Source of the DNA: Ostreococcus lucimarinus
Lineage: Eukaryota
Length of the DNA: 64,000 bases
Reading direction: 5' to 3' (one strand)
Assembly (NCBI GenBank): GCA_000092065.1
Contig: CP000585.1
Below are positions 37,020 to 46,859 of the stretch, piece by piece (the stretch's first letter is position 1; each line of letters starts with the position of its first letter). The notes under the pieces are model-generated. The model did not search any database. It had not been told where the DNA came from and worked only from the letters and a program-made list of their open reading frames with translations. A program made the translations under genes and the position numbers.

Positions 37020-39368
37020 CTAAGCTCGTCGAGGACTCATTAACGGTGAGTCGCGCACGACGCTCGGCGATTTTACGTCGCGCGAGAGTCCAAAGTCCAA
37101 AATCGACCCTCCCTCGTCGCCTTCGTCGTCGAAATATCCTCCCGTACCCGCGATTCCGGCGTTGTCGCCATCATTCGCGCATTTGCTACGCTTATTGAGC
37201 CAGTCGAAAAGAATGGGTGCACTTTCTTTGCTCAACTTCTTCGTCGACGCGAAGAGCTCGCACGCCGCTCGGATGCTATCCACGCTCGCCGCGCTTGTGC
37301 TGCTCGCTGCGATTCCGTGCACGTCTGCCGTGGCGCCAAAGTTGTGTGAACTACCATGACGAGCGTGCTTCGAAGTATCGATCGGTTCGTATTCGTATAC
37401 GATCTGTTTTGCCCGTTTTTTGCGTTGCTTACGACTCTTCTTCGTATTTATCAGCGTCGCCTCGACGGCGGTCGCCAACGCCTCAGTGGTGAGCTCATCT
37501 GCGGCGAGCATGAGCATTCGCAGGACTTCTTCGTGCACTTCTAAGCTCGCCGACGTCGAGCGGATCAAAATACCATCGACAGCATACTTCCAAAGCGCGC
37601 TGTCTACGGTAGTCTGCTTCTTTTTCAGCATCGTTGACATGCGATTTGCCAAAGTCAAGGCGAACGCGCCTTCGTAAATGATGACGTCGTCGATGAGCAC
37701 GTCGGCGGCAATTTCTAAAACCTCCGTCGCCGTTCGGATGTTGTTGCGCTGTAAACAAATCAATGCGTACGTCAACATAATTTTACGTATGGCAGGAGAC
37801 CAGATCATCAACTCTTTGAACTTGCCGCGAGTTTCAACATCTATGTCGGGCTCGTGCGCGCCATCCGTCTCCATATCGTCGTCGTTGTCTCTCAGCATCA
37901 CGTCCAACATGAGCTTACCCAAGAGCGTGTAGAAGTCTTTGACAATTGGCTCTGGTGTAGCTGGGACCTCTGAAAAGTTCTCACGCAAACATGCCTGAGA
38001 TGTGAGCGCGAGACAGATGAACTTGGTCAAATCATGCAAGCGCGGCTCCTTCTTCGGTACGCCCTCCGCCTCGATGACGGCTTCGAGCGTGCGAATGGTT
38101 TCGTGCAACAGCAGGTGTAATACCGGAGGATCTTGTAAAATCATCCCCATATCTCCCGGTACTTGTTCTAGTGTGTCATCCCTTTCGTGCACGTCGTGCA
38201 CACGACTGATACTACCGCCGTCGTCGCTCTCGTTCCCATCTTTCTTTGCTTCAGCCTTCTTCGCGCCAAAACCGACGATTCGGAATCGCGTTGGCTTTGT
38301 TTTTGTTGGTTTCTTCACGGTTTTGCTTTTGGCTTTCTTCACCGCATTATCAATCAAGCTCCCCATCTCTTTGAGACGTCTTCCATCCAGGTATCTGTCT
38401 CGAATGCACGCATCCATGAGCCACGCTAAGCGATGACACTTATCCATCGAGCACAATTCATTTTCACCCGCGTCGTGATACGACATGAGCAACTGCGATC
38501 GCAGCGAGCACGCGGAGTCGTCCCCGCTGTTCGCGAAGTGCGCGCGGCACAGACGAATCACTTCAATGTACAAGGATGGGTTCATGCTGTTTTTCGTCGT
38601 ACCGATGATGTTCCTCAATCTATTGACGCTGGCGCTCTCGGTGCGCAACGCCTTTCTGCTCTTCGCGCCGCCCGCGCCGCCGTCGCTCGTCCCCCGCGCC
38701 GCGCTCGTGGGCGACCAATCATCACTCGCGTTCAACTCCGCCAGCGTCATATCCTGATTCATATTCATCCTAACCGCCTCCGTCTCCTCGCCGTACGCCA
38801 TCATCGACGGCGAGACGTGCCTTCGCAGCAACGCCGCGTCCTTCACCCAGCACTGTCGCTGCACCTCCACCGGCAGTTGTCGAAACATTCCCATGTCTCG
38901 GCTCACCTGCTTCAAGTACGAGCTCGGCACCGGTGTCATGTGCGCGAATACCGTCAACGGCACCGCTTTCAATTCCTCGATCCCGATGTACGGAAACGAC
39001 GCATCCAGCAGGCTCAGCAGCGTCCCCTGCGGCAGCGTCGGCGCGCGGCGCGTCAGCTCCGCCACCGCTCGCTCCAGCATCTCCCTGTACGCCTCCCCTC
39101 GTTTCACTCCGAGCGCGCTCAGCAATCCAAGCACGGGTTCGGTGTCGGTATCGAGCAACGCTCCGTGCTTGCGCACGCGCTCCATCGCCGCCGCGACGTC
39201 GTCAGCGCGGCTCAGCGTCGCGGCGATGTAATCTTGCCCCTCACCACCGACGAGCACTTTCCCGTCGAGCGACGCGCGACGACGCGCCATGGCGCCCTCG
39301 GCGACGTCGGCGGACGCATCGTCCGCGTTCGCGCGGCTCGGCGAGCGCGGCTCGGCCTCGGACGGCAT
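37020..39368 (-). CDS. NELFB: NELF-B (negative elongation factor B / COBRA1)-like protein.
   Basis: The ATG at 39368 is verified (MPSEAEP...). LYIEVIRLCRAHFANSGDDSACSLRSQLLMSYHDAGENELCSMDKCHRLAWLMDACIRDRYLDGRRLKEMGSLIDNAVKK aligns closely with human NELF-B LYDMVLQFLRTLFLRTRNVHYCTLRAELLMSLHDLDVGEICTVDPCHKFTWCLDACIRERFVDSKRARELQGFLDGVKK. DMGMILQDPPVLHLLLHETIRTLEAVI aligns with DLSMILCDPFAINTLALSTVRHLQELV. Confidence 0.6.
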   Translation of the reverse strand: MPSEAEPRSPSRANADDASADVAEGAMARRRASLDGKVLVGGEGQDYIAATLSRADDVAAAMERVRKHGALLDTDTEPVLGLLSALGVKRGEAYREMLERAVAELTRRAPTLPQGTLLSLLDASFPYIGIEELKAVPLTVFAHMTPVPSSYLKQVSRDMGMFRQLPVEVQRQCWVKDAALLRRHVSPSMMAYGEETEAVRMNMNQDMTLAELNASDDWSPTSAARGTSDGGAGGAKSRKALRTESASVNRLRNIIGTTKNSMNPSLYIEVIRLCRAHFANSGDDSACSLRSQLLMSYHDAGENELCSMDKCHRLAWLMDACIRDRYLDGRRLKEMGSLIDNAVKKAKSKTVKKPTKTKPTRFRIVGFGAKKAEAKKDGNESDDGGSISRVHDVHERDDTLEQVPGDMGMILQDPPVLHLLLHETIRTLEAVIEAEGVPKKEPRLHDLTKFICLALTSQACLRENFSEVPATPEPIVKDFYTLLGKLMLDVMLRDNDDDMETDGAHEPDIDVETRGKFKELMIWSPAIRKIMLTYALICLQRNNIRTATEVLEIAADVLIDDVIIYEGAFALTLANRMSTMLKKKQTTVDSALWKYAVDGILIRSTSASLEVHEEVLRMLMLAADELTTEALATAVEATLINTKKSRKQRKKRAKQIVYEYEPIDTSKHARHGSSHNFGATADVHGIAASSTSAASVDSIRAACELFASTKKLSKESAPILFDWLNKRSKCANDGDNAGIAGTGGYFDDEGDEGGSILDFGLSRDVKSPSVVRDSPLMSPRRA

Positions 39369-39439
39369 CGTCGCGGGCGAATGCCGAATGCGCGTCGGAT
39401 TGTGTCGTCGAGTTTCTTCGCGCGCGACGGCACAGCGCG

Positions 39440-41062
39440 ATGTCCGCCGCCGCGGCGCGAGGACGCGCGCGACTCGATGCGTTTCGCGCGCGTCGCGCGA
39501 GCGCGGAGAAAGCGGCGGACGCGGTGGAGGCGCGCGAAGGCGATGGATTGAAGATTAATCACGCAGACGCGAACGCGAACGCGCGCGACGCGACGCGCGC
39601 GCGCGTCGAGACGAGCGTCGGCGACGCGTCGCGGGATGGAGCGATGAGCTCACGCGCCGAGGCGTCGAGCGCGAGGACGACGACGGGGGTGGACGTCGTC
39701 GCGGAGGAGAACGCGCGCGGCGGCGCGCGGGACGCCGCGGCGTTCGAAGCGGCGACGCCGTTCGACGTCGAAGACGACGACGCTCGCGAGGTGGCGAACG
39801 CGGGGGAGACGACGATGGGGGTGCGAAATGCGTACGCGGATTTGGCGGACGCGTACGTGGAGACGGTGGTGACGAGATCGGACGCGGCGACGCGAGAGGA
39901 CGCGCGAGACGCGAAGACGGGCGTGTTGGGCGTGACGACGTCGACGGATCGCGCGCGGGAACAGTACGAACGGGTGATGCGCGCGATCGGCGGGGGTGCT
40001 GAGATCGATGCGAGGCTGTTCGATGATCCCGAACGCGCGGATGATGGCGCGAATGATGCGACGGATGAAGCGGAGAAATCGTCGACTGAGACGTTTCCAG
40101 AATTGGACGCAATAATCGAACAAGTACGCGTGAGTGGTGTCATCAGTGACGCGTCCTCGCGCGTCGTGCGGGACGACCAAAGCGAGATCTCGATGTTGCA
40201 GGAAGTCATTGACGATATGACGACCGAAAAGCTCGGGCTCATGCGCGGTTTGCAAAAGTCTCAAGCCATGGTGGACAAACTGGCGAATGAAAACGATGCG
40301 CTGATGCAGAGATACAACGAAACTAAGTCGCAGCTCTCGCACACGCGCGACGAACTCGATCGTTTATGGTTGCAGTATCAAGAGCGTTCAGCCATGGGTG
40401 GTGATAACGATGGTTTAATGATGGGCAATCCAGACACGAGCGAGCGAGTGCAATCGCTCGCGGCGGAAGTCGTCGCTCTGGAGGAACGCTTGCAAGACAT
40501 GGCTCGGATCGAGGATGAGAACGATCGACTACGCGCGGAGGCGAAACGATCAAATTCGCACGCTTCCGAACTCGAGCTCGTACTCGAGGCCACGCGAGAG
40601 CAAGATCGTTTGTTCAAAGAGCGCATTCGCGAATCAAACTTTATGAAGACGCTCGAGAAACTCGACGAGGACGAAGCCGTGTTTCTTTGTGCGTGGTTAA
40701 AGAAGAAGGATGCAGACGTCGAACGAGAAGCTAGAGAAAAAGCGTCATCCATGGAGAAGCAACGAGAGCAGGCCGAGTTATCGGCAAATACCACGGAAAC
40801 GGACGACGAGCAAATCGAGTTACTATCATCGATTCACGAACTGCTCGAGCAGCTCGAGATCGAAAAGAAGACTTTATCGCGGCAACTTAACAGTGCGAAT
40901 GAGGCAAAACAGCAACTCTCTGAGCGTAACACATTGCTAGAGTCACAGCTGGCGAAGGTTTTGAATCGACTCGCCGACGGTGGCGACGGTTGGAGTAGCG
41001 AAGAAGAAGAGAAACCGAGACGCGGCGGATTGTTTTCGTTTTTACGTCGCCGGCAAGAGTAG
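39440..41062 (+). CDS. Long coiled-coil protein of unknown function (golgin/tether-like heptad-repeat protein).
   Basis: The ATG at 39440 (MSAAAARG...) lies 71 bp from the divergent NELF-B start. The C-terminal two thirds are heptad-rich: LQEVIDDMTTEKLGLMRGLQKSQAMVDKLANENDALMQRYNETKSQLSHTRDELDRLWLQYQE...LEQLEIEKKTLSRQLNSANEAKQQLSERNTLLESQLAKVLNRL. The 5' 500 nt of the track ORF 38933.. is antisense to NELF-B and is excluded. Confidence 0.5.
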   Translation: MSAAAARGRARLDAFRARRASAEKAADAVEAREGDGLKINHADANANARDATRARVETSVGDASRDGAMSSRAEASSARTTTGVDVVAEENARGGARDAAAFEAATPFDVEDDDAREVANAGETTMGVRNAYADLADAYVETVVTRSDAATREDARDAKTGVLGVTTSTDRAREQYERVMRAIGGGAEIDARLFDDPERADDGANDATDEAEKSSTETFPELDAIIEQVRVSGVISDASSRVVRDDQSEISMLQEVIDDMTTEKLGLMRGLQKSQAMVDKLANENDALMQRYNETKSQLSHTRDELDRLWLQYQERSAMGGDNDGLMMGNPDTSERVQSLAAEVVALEERLQDMARIEDENDRLRAEAKRSNSHASELELVLEATREQDRLFKERIRESNFMKTLEKLDEDEAVFLCAWLKKKDADVEREAREKASSMEKQREQAELSANTTETDDEQIELLSSIHELLEQLEIEKKTLSRQLNSANEAKQQLSERNTLLESQLAKVLNRLADGGDGWSSEEEEKPRRGGLFSFLRRRQE

Positions 41063-41209
41063 GACACAACTAGTTAGCTAGATGACCGTTTGACCGTTGC
41101 CGATAACCGGCAGTGTCAGATTGTACACAATTTCTTATCACATTAGCTATATCGGACGTCCGCGCATGACATTGACACGAATCTCGCTTGGTCTCGTCGC
41201 ATCAAAAGG

Positions 41210-42689
41210 TTAAACGTTTTCGTATACGTGTACCTTCCCCGAATACCCGGCGGCCAGAATGATCTGGCCGGTGGTACCACTGAGTTCCTCTAAAGGAAAC
41301 GCTCTCGTGGTGCGAAGATCGTCTGGTCCGAATCGCGCTACGGTTACGTGCTGTTCGCTCGTCGTGAACTTTTCGTAAGTGCTCTGCTTTGCTGTCGCAC
41401 CTCCACCGCACGCGCAGGCGGGTAGCGTCGTACAATGTGCGCGCCAGATGAACACATCCGGGCTCTCGCTACCACTAACGATGTACTCGCCGTTCGTAGA
41501 ATAACTCGCTTGAATTTGTGCGTTTTGATTTGAGTGCCCTTTATACTTGCATTGTAAGACGGCGCTACCATCGTACAGGCGAAGTCTGCTATCGTTTGCG
41601 GTGACGAGTAATTCGTCTTGTTCATCATCCGCGGGCATGAAATTCAGTCCCGTGATCTTTCTGCCCAAGAGTTTGGAGCCGCGCGCGTTCTTAACTTGGA
41701 TTTGATGCGAGTACTTAAACTTGAAACTATCCGTGCCATAAAAGTGACATTTTCCCTTGTGCGTCCCGACGACGGCGCGACGACCGCAAGACGAGAACGT
41801 GCACGAGGTCACCATTTCACCAATATCAACCCAATCAACCACCTTTAAATCAGGGATGTTCCACATACGCAATTTTCCATCGAGCGAGCCGGAGATGAAG
41901 AATTTGTCGTTGACGGGATTAAATTTTATCGACGTCACGAAGTCTTGATGTGTGAAGATTCGTAAGCATTCATCCATCGTCGTGTACCACAGTCGTACCG
42001 TCTTATCCATCGAACTCGACAGCAACCAATCGGTGTGCGACCAACAGAGATCCAAAATATCGCCGCGATGTCCTGTGTACGCGCGAACCGGAGCGTCCTC
42101 GAACAGCGCCTCCCCTCGCAGCTTGCCCGAGCGAAACGTTTTCCATACCCTCACCACTCTGTCTTGCCCCGCTGTCGCAAGATAGCTACCGTTTGCGTTG
42201 AATTGCATCGCCCAAACCGCGCCTTCTTGCGAACCCAGCGCTTGAATGCGTCGAAGATTTTTTAACGATTTCTCCGTTCCGCGCGCGTGCACCGTCACCG
42301 GCGGTGCTTGATCTGGCAACCCAGCGCGCGAACCGAACTCATTCACCGTCAGCGACGTCCCAGTCGCGGCGTCTTTTACGATTTTACGCGACGAATGATG
42401 CGCGGTCAAAAATGCGCTCGCTTCGGACTTGTGCATGATAAACTCCTCCCCCGTGTCCACGTCTTTGATTTTCAGCGTCCCCGCCTTCTCGAGCGCCTTT
42501 TTCGATCGCACGTCGCCCTCGCGCGTCTTCTCAACGCCCCGTTGTCTTAAATCACCCGGTTCCATCGCGTTTCGATCGGCCACGGACCCACTCGATCCGT
42601 CGGAGACGTCTCCTCCCCACTGCGTTCGCCTTCGCGAGCCTCCGAGCTGCTCGTCGCCGCCCACGAGCGCGCGCGGCGACGTCATCGGC
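41210..42689 (-). CDS. WD40-repeat protein, WDR44/rabphilin-11-like.
   Basis: WD repeats read GAVWAMQFNANGSYLATAGQDRVVRVWK, GHRGDILDLCWSHTDWLLSSSMDKTVRLW, FTHQDFVTSIKFNPVNDKFFISGSLDGKLRMWN and ...YKGHSNQNAQIQASYSTNGEYIVSGSESPDVFIWR. The track start is GTG; the first ATG is at 42689 (MTSPRALV...). Confidence 0.65.
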
Positions 42690-43408
42690 GAATGAAATCC
42701 ACCCCCGGTGTCGCTCGTCCTACGGATCACCCAACGTTCGCGCGCGCGTCAGTCACCTTCGCCTCGATCGTCCAATCATCGCGCGTCGACGTCGTCGCGT
42801 CCTCCCGCGCGCGCGCGTCCCGTCTCGCCGCCGACGCGACCTTCTCCGGTCGACGCGATCGCTCCCATCGTCTTCCCCCACCGTCCATCGCGCGCGTTCG
42901 CGCCCGCGCGTCGACGTCCGATCGCATCGCATCGCTCTCTCGCGCACCCGCTCGGCGACGGTTCCTCCGATCGCGCGGCGTCGTCCATCGCGCTCGCGAA
43001 CGCGTCCGCGTCCGCGCTCAGGTACCGACTCTCCGTTCGCGTCCGCGTCCGCGCGCGCGCGACGGCGCGCGCGTCGTCGCGCGCGCCGTCGGCGTCGCGC
43101 ATCGATCTTCGCGCGGCGATCGGCGATCGGCGCGCGGCGCGTCGCGAAGTCGCGCGTCGCGTCGCGCGCGCGCGGACGCGACCGAACATCGCGACGCGCG
43201 AGAGACGACGCGCGAGCGACGCGCGAGCGCGCGAGAGAGAGAGCGAGAGAGGCGCGCGCGCGAACGCCGCGCGTTTGCGCGCGCGAACCGCGACGGCGCG
43301 CGAACGCGGCGCGACGCGCGCGAACGCGACGCGACGCGCGACGGTTGGGTGTGGACGTTGGACGTTTGAATTCATCGTCGAGCGCGTTCGGCGCGAGAGA
43401 CGCGCGTG

Positions 43409-44968
43409 ATGCCGGACTACGCGTATAAAACGTGCGCGGAGATGTGGCACGATCGCGCGCGGGAGCTGGGCGCGGAGAAGCAGTACGTGAACGTGTACGG
43501 GATCGTCAAGGATGCGACGGCGGTGTCCAAGACGCGCGGGAGCGATTCGAAGATGACGTTGAAAATCTACGACGAGACGACGACGACGGATGCGGTGGTG
43601 TACGGAAGCGCGGATGACTTGGAAACGGTGCCGAGTGAATTGTCGTTGACGTTCTTCGATCAGAATCCGTACGAATTGCCGAGACCGGCGGATGGGGATG
43701 TGATTCGAATTCATCGCGTGCAGGCGCAAACGTTTCAAGGAAGGCCGCAATTCATCGCGAAGACTGGATCGATGATGAGTTATGGACACTCTAAGACGGC
43801 GTGGTGTTTGTTTAGCGGACGGGATGATAGCGAAACGCCGTACGCGCAGAGCTCGGTGAATCTGACGCCGGCGGATTTGAAGCGCGTGCAAGAGTTGCGC
43901 CGATACGCGAAGCGGGCGACGTCGATGCCGTTTTTGAACGAGTTCAACGGCGCCTCGGGGCAGAGCAAGCAGAGAAGGCTTTGTGAAATCAAGCAAGAAG
44001 AGTTTTTCGACTTGTATTGCTTGATCTTGGACGCGCATTTCGTGGAGGGCACGGATGGTTCGTACGTCATGCTCGTGTGGGACGGCACGGACGCGCCGCC
44101 TTTGCCGCCGTCGATGACGACGTCGCTTTCGCAACAGCGAGAAGAGATGCGCTTAGACGAAACAGATTTCGAGTTGGAAAGTGCATTAGACAAGAGACAG
44201 TTCTATGCACACGGGTTTGATTTCAGAGGCCAAGATGCGGTGCCAGAAAACGAGATCAACTCAACTGTACCGCTCATCGGATCGGCGCTCCCAGTCTTCA
44301 TGCACGGCGCAAAGCTCGACATGGATGAAGTTCCGCAACCCGGAGAGTGGGTGAAGATTCGCAACTTGAACACACAAGTGGTGCGTGGCCAACTGCAGGG
44401 ATTTGTGCGCCGTGAGACGGCGTTCATTCGAAACAAACAGCCGCTTCCCGCGATTATGGAGGCGTACCGTTTGCGCAAGCAACAAAATTTGGTCTCAAGC
44501 TGGGGCGCCCCCGGGCACTCCACCACGATCACCGTCACAAAGCATCCAAACATGCGATACAGTACGATTCGTGAGATGTTAATGACCAAGCCACCGATGC
44601 GTCACAAGTTGCGCGTCATAGTTAGAGGATTTAGCCCAGACATCGTGGAGATGTGCCAGCTCGCGAAAGGTTCCAAAAAGTACGAGTTTGGTTGCCGTTT
44701 TCGCGTCATTGACGGCACCGATTCCGTCGACGTCAACCTTTACGGCGATGAGGCGGCACAGTTCTTCCATAACGTAACGCCGACTGATCTGAGCAAACCA
44801 TCCACGGCGCGCGAGAGGTTGACGAATATGATGGCAAAGTTGACTGTACACGAATCCGTCGAAGAATCGGCGCCGTGGATCGATTTGTGCGTCATGCAAT
44901 ACATCGTCCGTAGCAAAAAGTCCTCCAAGCGCGTGTTTCAGGTGTTTAGCACGTCTATGATAGCGTGA
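43409..44968 (+). CDS. POT1: POT1-like telomeric single-stranded-DNA-binding protein (N-terminal tandem OB folds).
   Basis: [32 protein letters not shown]...[26 protein letters not shown] aligns with human POT1 OB1 [32 protein letters not shown]...[60 protein letters not shown] aligns with human [32 protein letters not shown]. The ATG is at 43409. Confidence 0.55.
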   Translation: [519 protein letters not shown]

Positions 44969-45040
44969 TTTCACTCCGGTGAAAAGGTATTTTGCAGTAA
45001 CATACACAAGTTTAGTAGCTAAATTCCGCTCTCGCTTATT

Positions 45041-45868
45041 TTATTTTGTTTCCTTCTTGTCCGCGACAAACTTGGAGACGTTTCCGAGCCAATTCGTGTA
45101 CTCTCTTTGCTCTTTATCGAGATGAGCCTCGACTATGTACGACGCGAGATCGGAGTTGATGCCTCTGACTTCCAAGTAGTCGTGGAACTTGTCCTGCACG
45201 GTTTCTTCCAAGTCTTCAAAGTTTGGCCCCGAGTACGCCGTGCCTAAAATTGGATTGTTCTCGTCGTACTGTTCGTAAGACACGTGCCTGATCTCGATGA
45301 TTTCTCCATCCGTCACGCAGTCGAAATCGAGGTGTGCGCTCCCATCCGTCTTACTGACGACCACGTTAAAGTCGATCGCGATACTCTCATCTTCTTCGAG
45401 TTCCAATTCCTCATCCAACCCGTCCTCCTCCTCGTCGAAATCATCCTCATCGAGCATATCATCGTCGTACGGCTCTTCTTGCGCCACAAACGTCACCGCG
45501 ATTTCCTCGTCGTCACCGTACGTCTTCGTCAACGTCACCTCGGCGTCACCATCCGTCTCGTGTAACTCGAACGGTTCCGGCGGTCCGCTCGCCGCCGCCG
45601 CGCTCGGCTCGTACGCCGCGCTCTCGTGCGCGCGCTCCTCCAGCAGCGCTTCGCTCAGCGTGCGCGCGCTCACCGGCGCAGACGCATCGCTCGCGAATCC
45701 ACGCGCGCAGAAACGCGCGTCGAGCGCGATCCGCGGCGCCGCGGCACTCGCGCGAGTCGTTAACCTCGGCAACGTTCGAGGCGACGCATTCGTCGACGAC
45801 GCGCGCGGCGTCGCGCGCGCGACGACGCGCGAGGCGCACGACGCGATAGATCGGAGACTCTTGCGCAT
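45041..45868 (-). CDS. MAM33 / p32 (gC1qR, C1QBP) family mitochondrial acidic matrix protein with an N-terminal presequence.
   Basis: The ATG at 45868 is verified. The family signature reads GPNFEDLEETVQDKFHDYLEVRGINSDLASYIVEAHLDKEQREYTNWLGNVSKFV. An acidic D/E-rich middle region follows a basic R/S/A presequence. Confidence 0.65.
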   Translation of the reverse strand: MRKSLRSIASCASRVVARATPRASSTNASPRTLPRLTTRASAAAPRIALDARFCARGFASDASAPVSARTLSEALLEERAHESAAYEPSAAAASGPPEPFELHETDGDAEVTLTKTYGDDEEIAVTFVAQEEPYDDDMLDEDDFDEEEDGLDEELELEEDESIAIDFNVVVSKTDGSAHLDFDCVTDGEIIEIRHVSYEQYDENNPILGTAYSGPNFEDLEETVQDKFHDYLEVRGINSDLASYIVEAHLDKEQREYTNWLGNVSKFVADKKETK

Positions 45869-45930
45869 GTTTCCAGCGCGCGCGAGCGCGAGCGGTCCGG
45901 GACGACGAGACGCGCGGCGAGCGACGTCGA

Positions 45931-46830
45931 ATGCAGCGCCAGACGGCGGCGGCGCCGCGCGTCATGATCGCGACGTCGACCGCGCGCGTCGCGACGGCGG
46001 CGACGACGGCGTGTCATCGCGCGCGCGCGGTCGCGGTCGGCGCGCGACGCGCGCGCGGTGAGCGACGCGCGCGAGCGTCGGGACAACCGTCGAGTTGGAG
46101 CGATGCGCGCGCGGGGGCGGGAGAGACGCGCCGTGCACGCGCGATGGCGGTCGTCGCGCGCGCGAATGGTGGCTTAGACGCCATCGTCGTCGTAGCGGGC
46201 GGAATCGAAGACGATGGGACGCTGCCGGCGTGGGTGACGCCGCGATTGGATTACGCGGCGACGGCGTACGCGAACGCGACGGCGGACGCCAAGCCGCGGA
46301 TCCTGCTTTCAGGATCGATGACGCCGCATAAACCGCCGCCGATGGCGAAAGGTGGGTTTAATCTTCACGAGTCGACGTCTATGGCGTCGTATTTAATGGA
46401 TAAGGGCGTGCCCGCGGATTCGATGCTGAAGGATACGGCGTCTATGGATACCATCGGCAACGCGTACTATTCTTTGTGCTTGCACGCGATTCCGCGCGCG
46501 TGGACGCGCGTGGAGGTGGTGACGAGTGCGTTTCACATGGAACGCACGCGCGCGGCGTTCGAGTGGGTGTGGGGTCTCGCCCCGCACGGGGTTGTGGACA
46601 TGCGGTTCGTGAGCACGGAGGACGCCGGCGTTTCGGAATCCGCCTTGCGTGCTCGCGCGAAGCGCGAGGCCGCGTCGGCGGCGGCGTTACGGGACAACGC
46701 GTCTAGGATAACTACCATGGAGGCGTTTTCGGAGTGGTTATTCACCACGCACAAGTGTTACGCCGTCTCTCGCCAACACGAGATTGGTATATTCGACGAG
46801 TTAGATGAAGAATCGCGCAAGTCGTATTGA
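45931..46830 (+). CDS. DUF218 (YdcF/ElyC/SanA-like) domain protein with an N-terminal targeting-like extension.
   Basis: The ATG is at 45931. DUF218 core elements read AIVVVAGGIEDDGTLPAWVTPRLDYAATAY...PRILLSGSMTPHKPPPMAKGGFNLHESTSMASYLMDKGVP. The ATG lies 62 bp from the divergent MAM33 ATG. Confidence 0.5.
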   Translation: MQRQTAAAPRVMIATSTARVATAATTACHRARAVAVGARRARGERRARASGQPSSWSDARAGAGETRRARAMAVVARANGGLDAIVVVAGGIEDDGTLPAWVTPRLDYAATAYANATADAKPRILLSGSMTPHKPPPMAKGGFNLHESTSMASYLMDKGVPADSMLKDTASMDTIGNAYYSLCLHAIPRAWTRVEVVTSAFHMERTRAAFEWVWGLAPHGVVDMRFVSTEDAGVSESALRARAKREAASAAALRDNASRITTMEAFSEWLFTTHKCYAVSRQHEIGIFDELDEESRKSY

Positions 46831-46859
46831 TGGTATCGGTACAATCTGTAAAACATGTC

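Noticed and set aside
41063-41209. AT-richer intergenic islands checked for tRNA or other small RNA genes. Apart from 41063-41209 these were 2065-2237, 14906-15046 and 52932-53048.
   Set aside because: I found no cloverleaf-compatible sequence, no GTTCRA T-loop box and no A/B-box arrangement. These look like overlapping 3'UTR regions, several of which carry TGTAA or AATAAA-like motifs.
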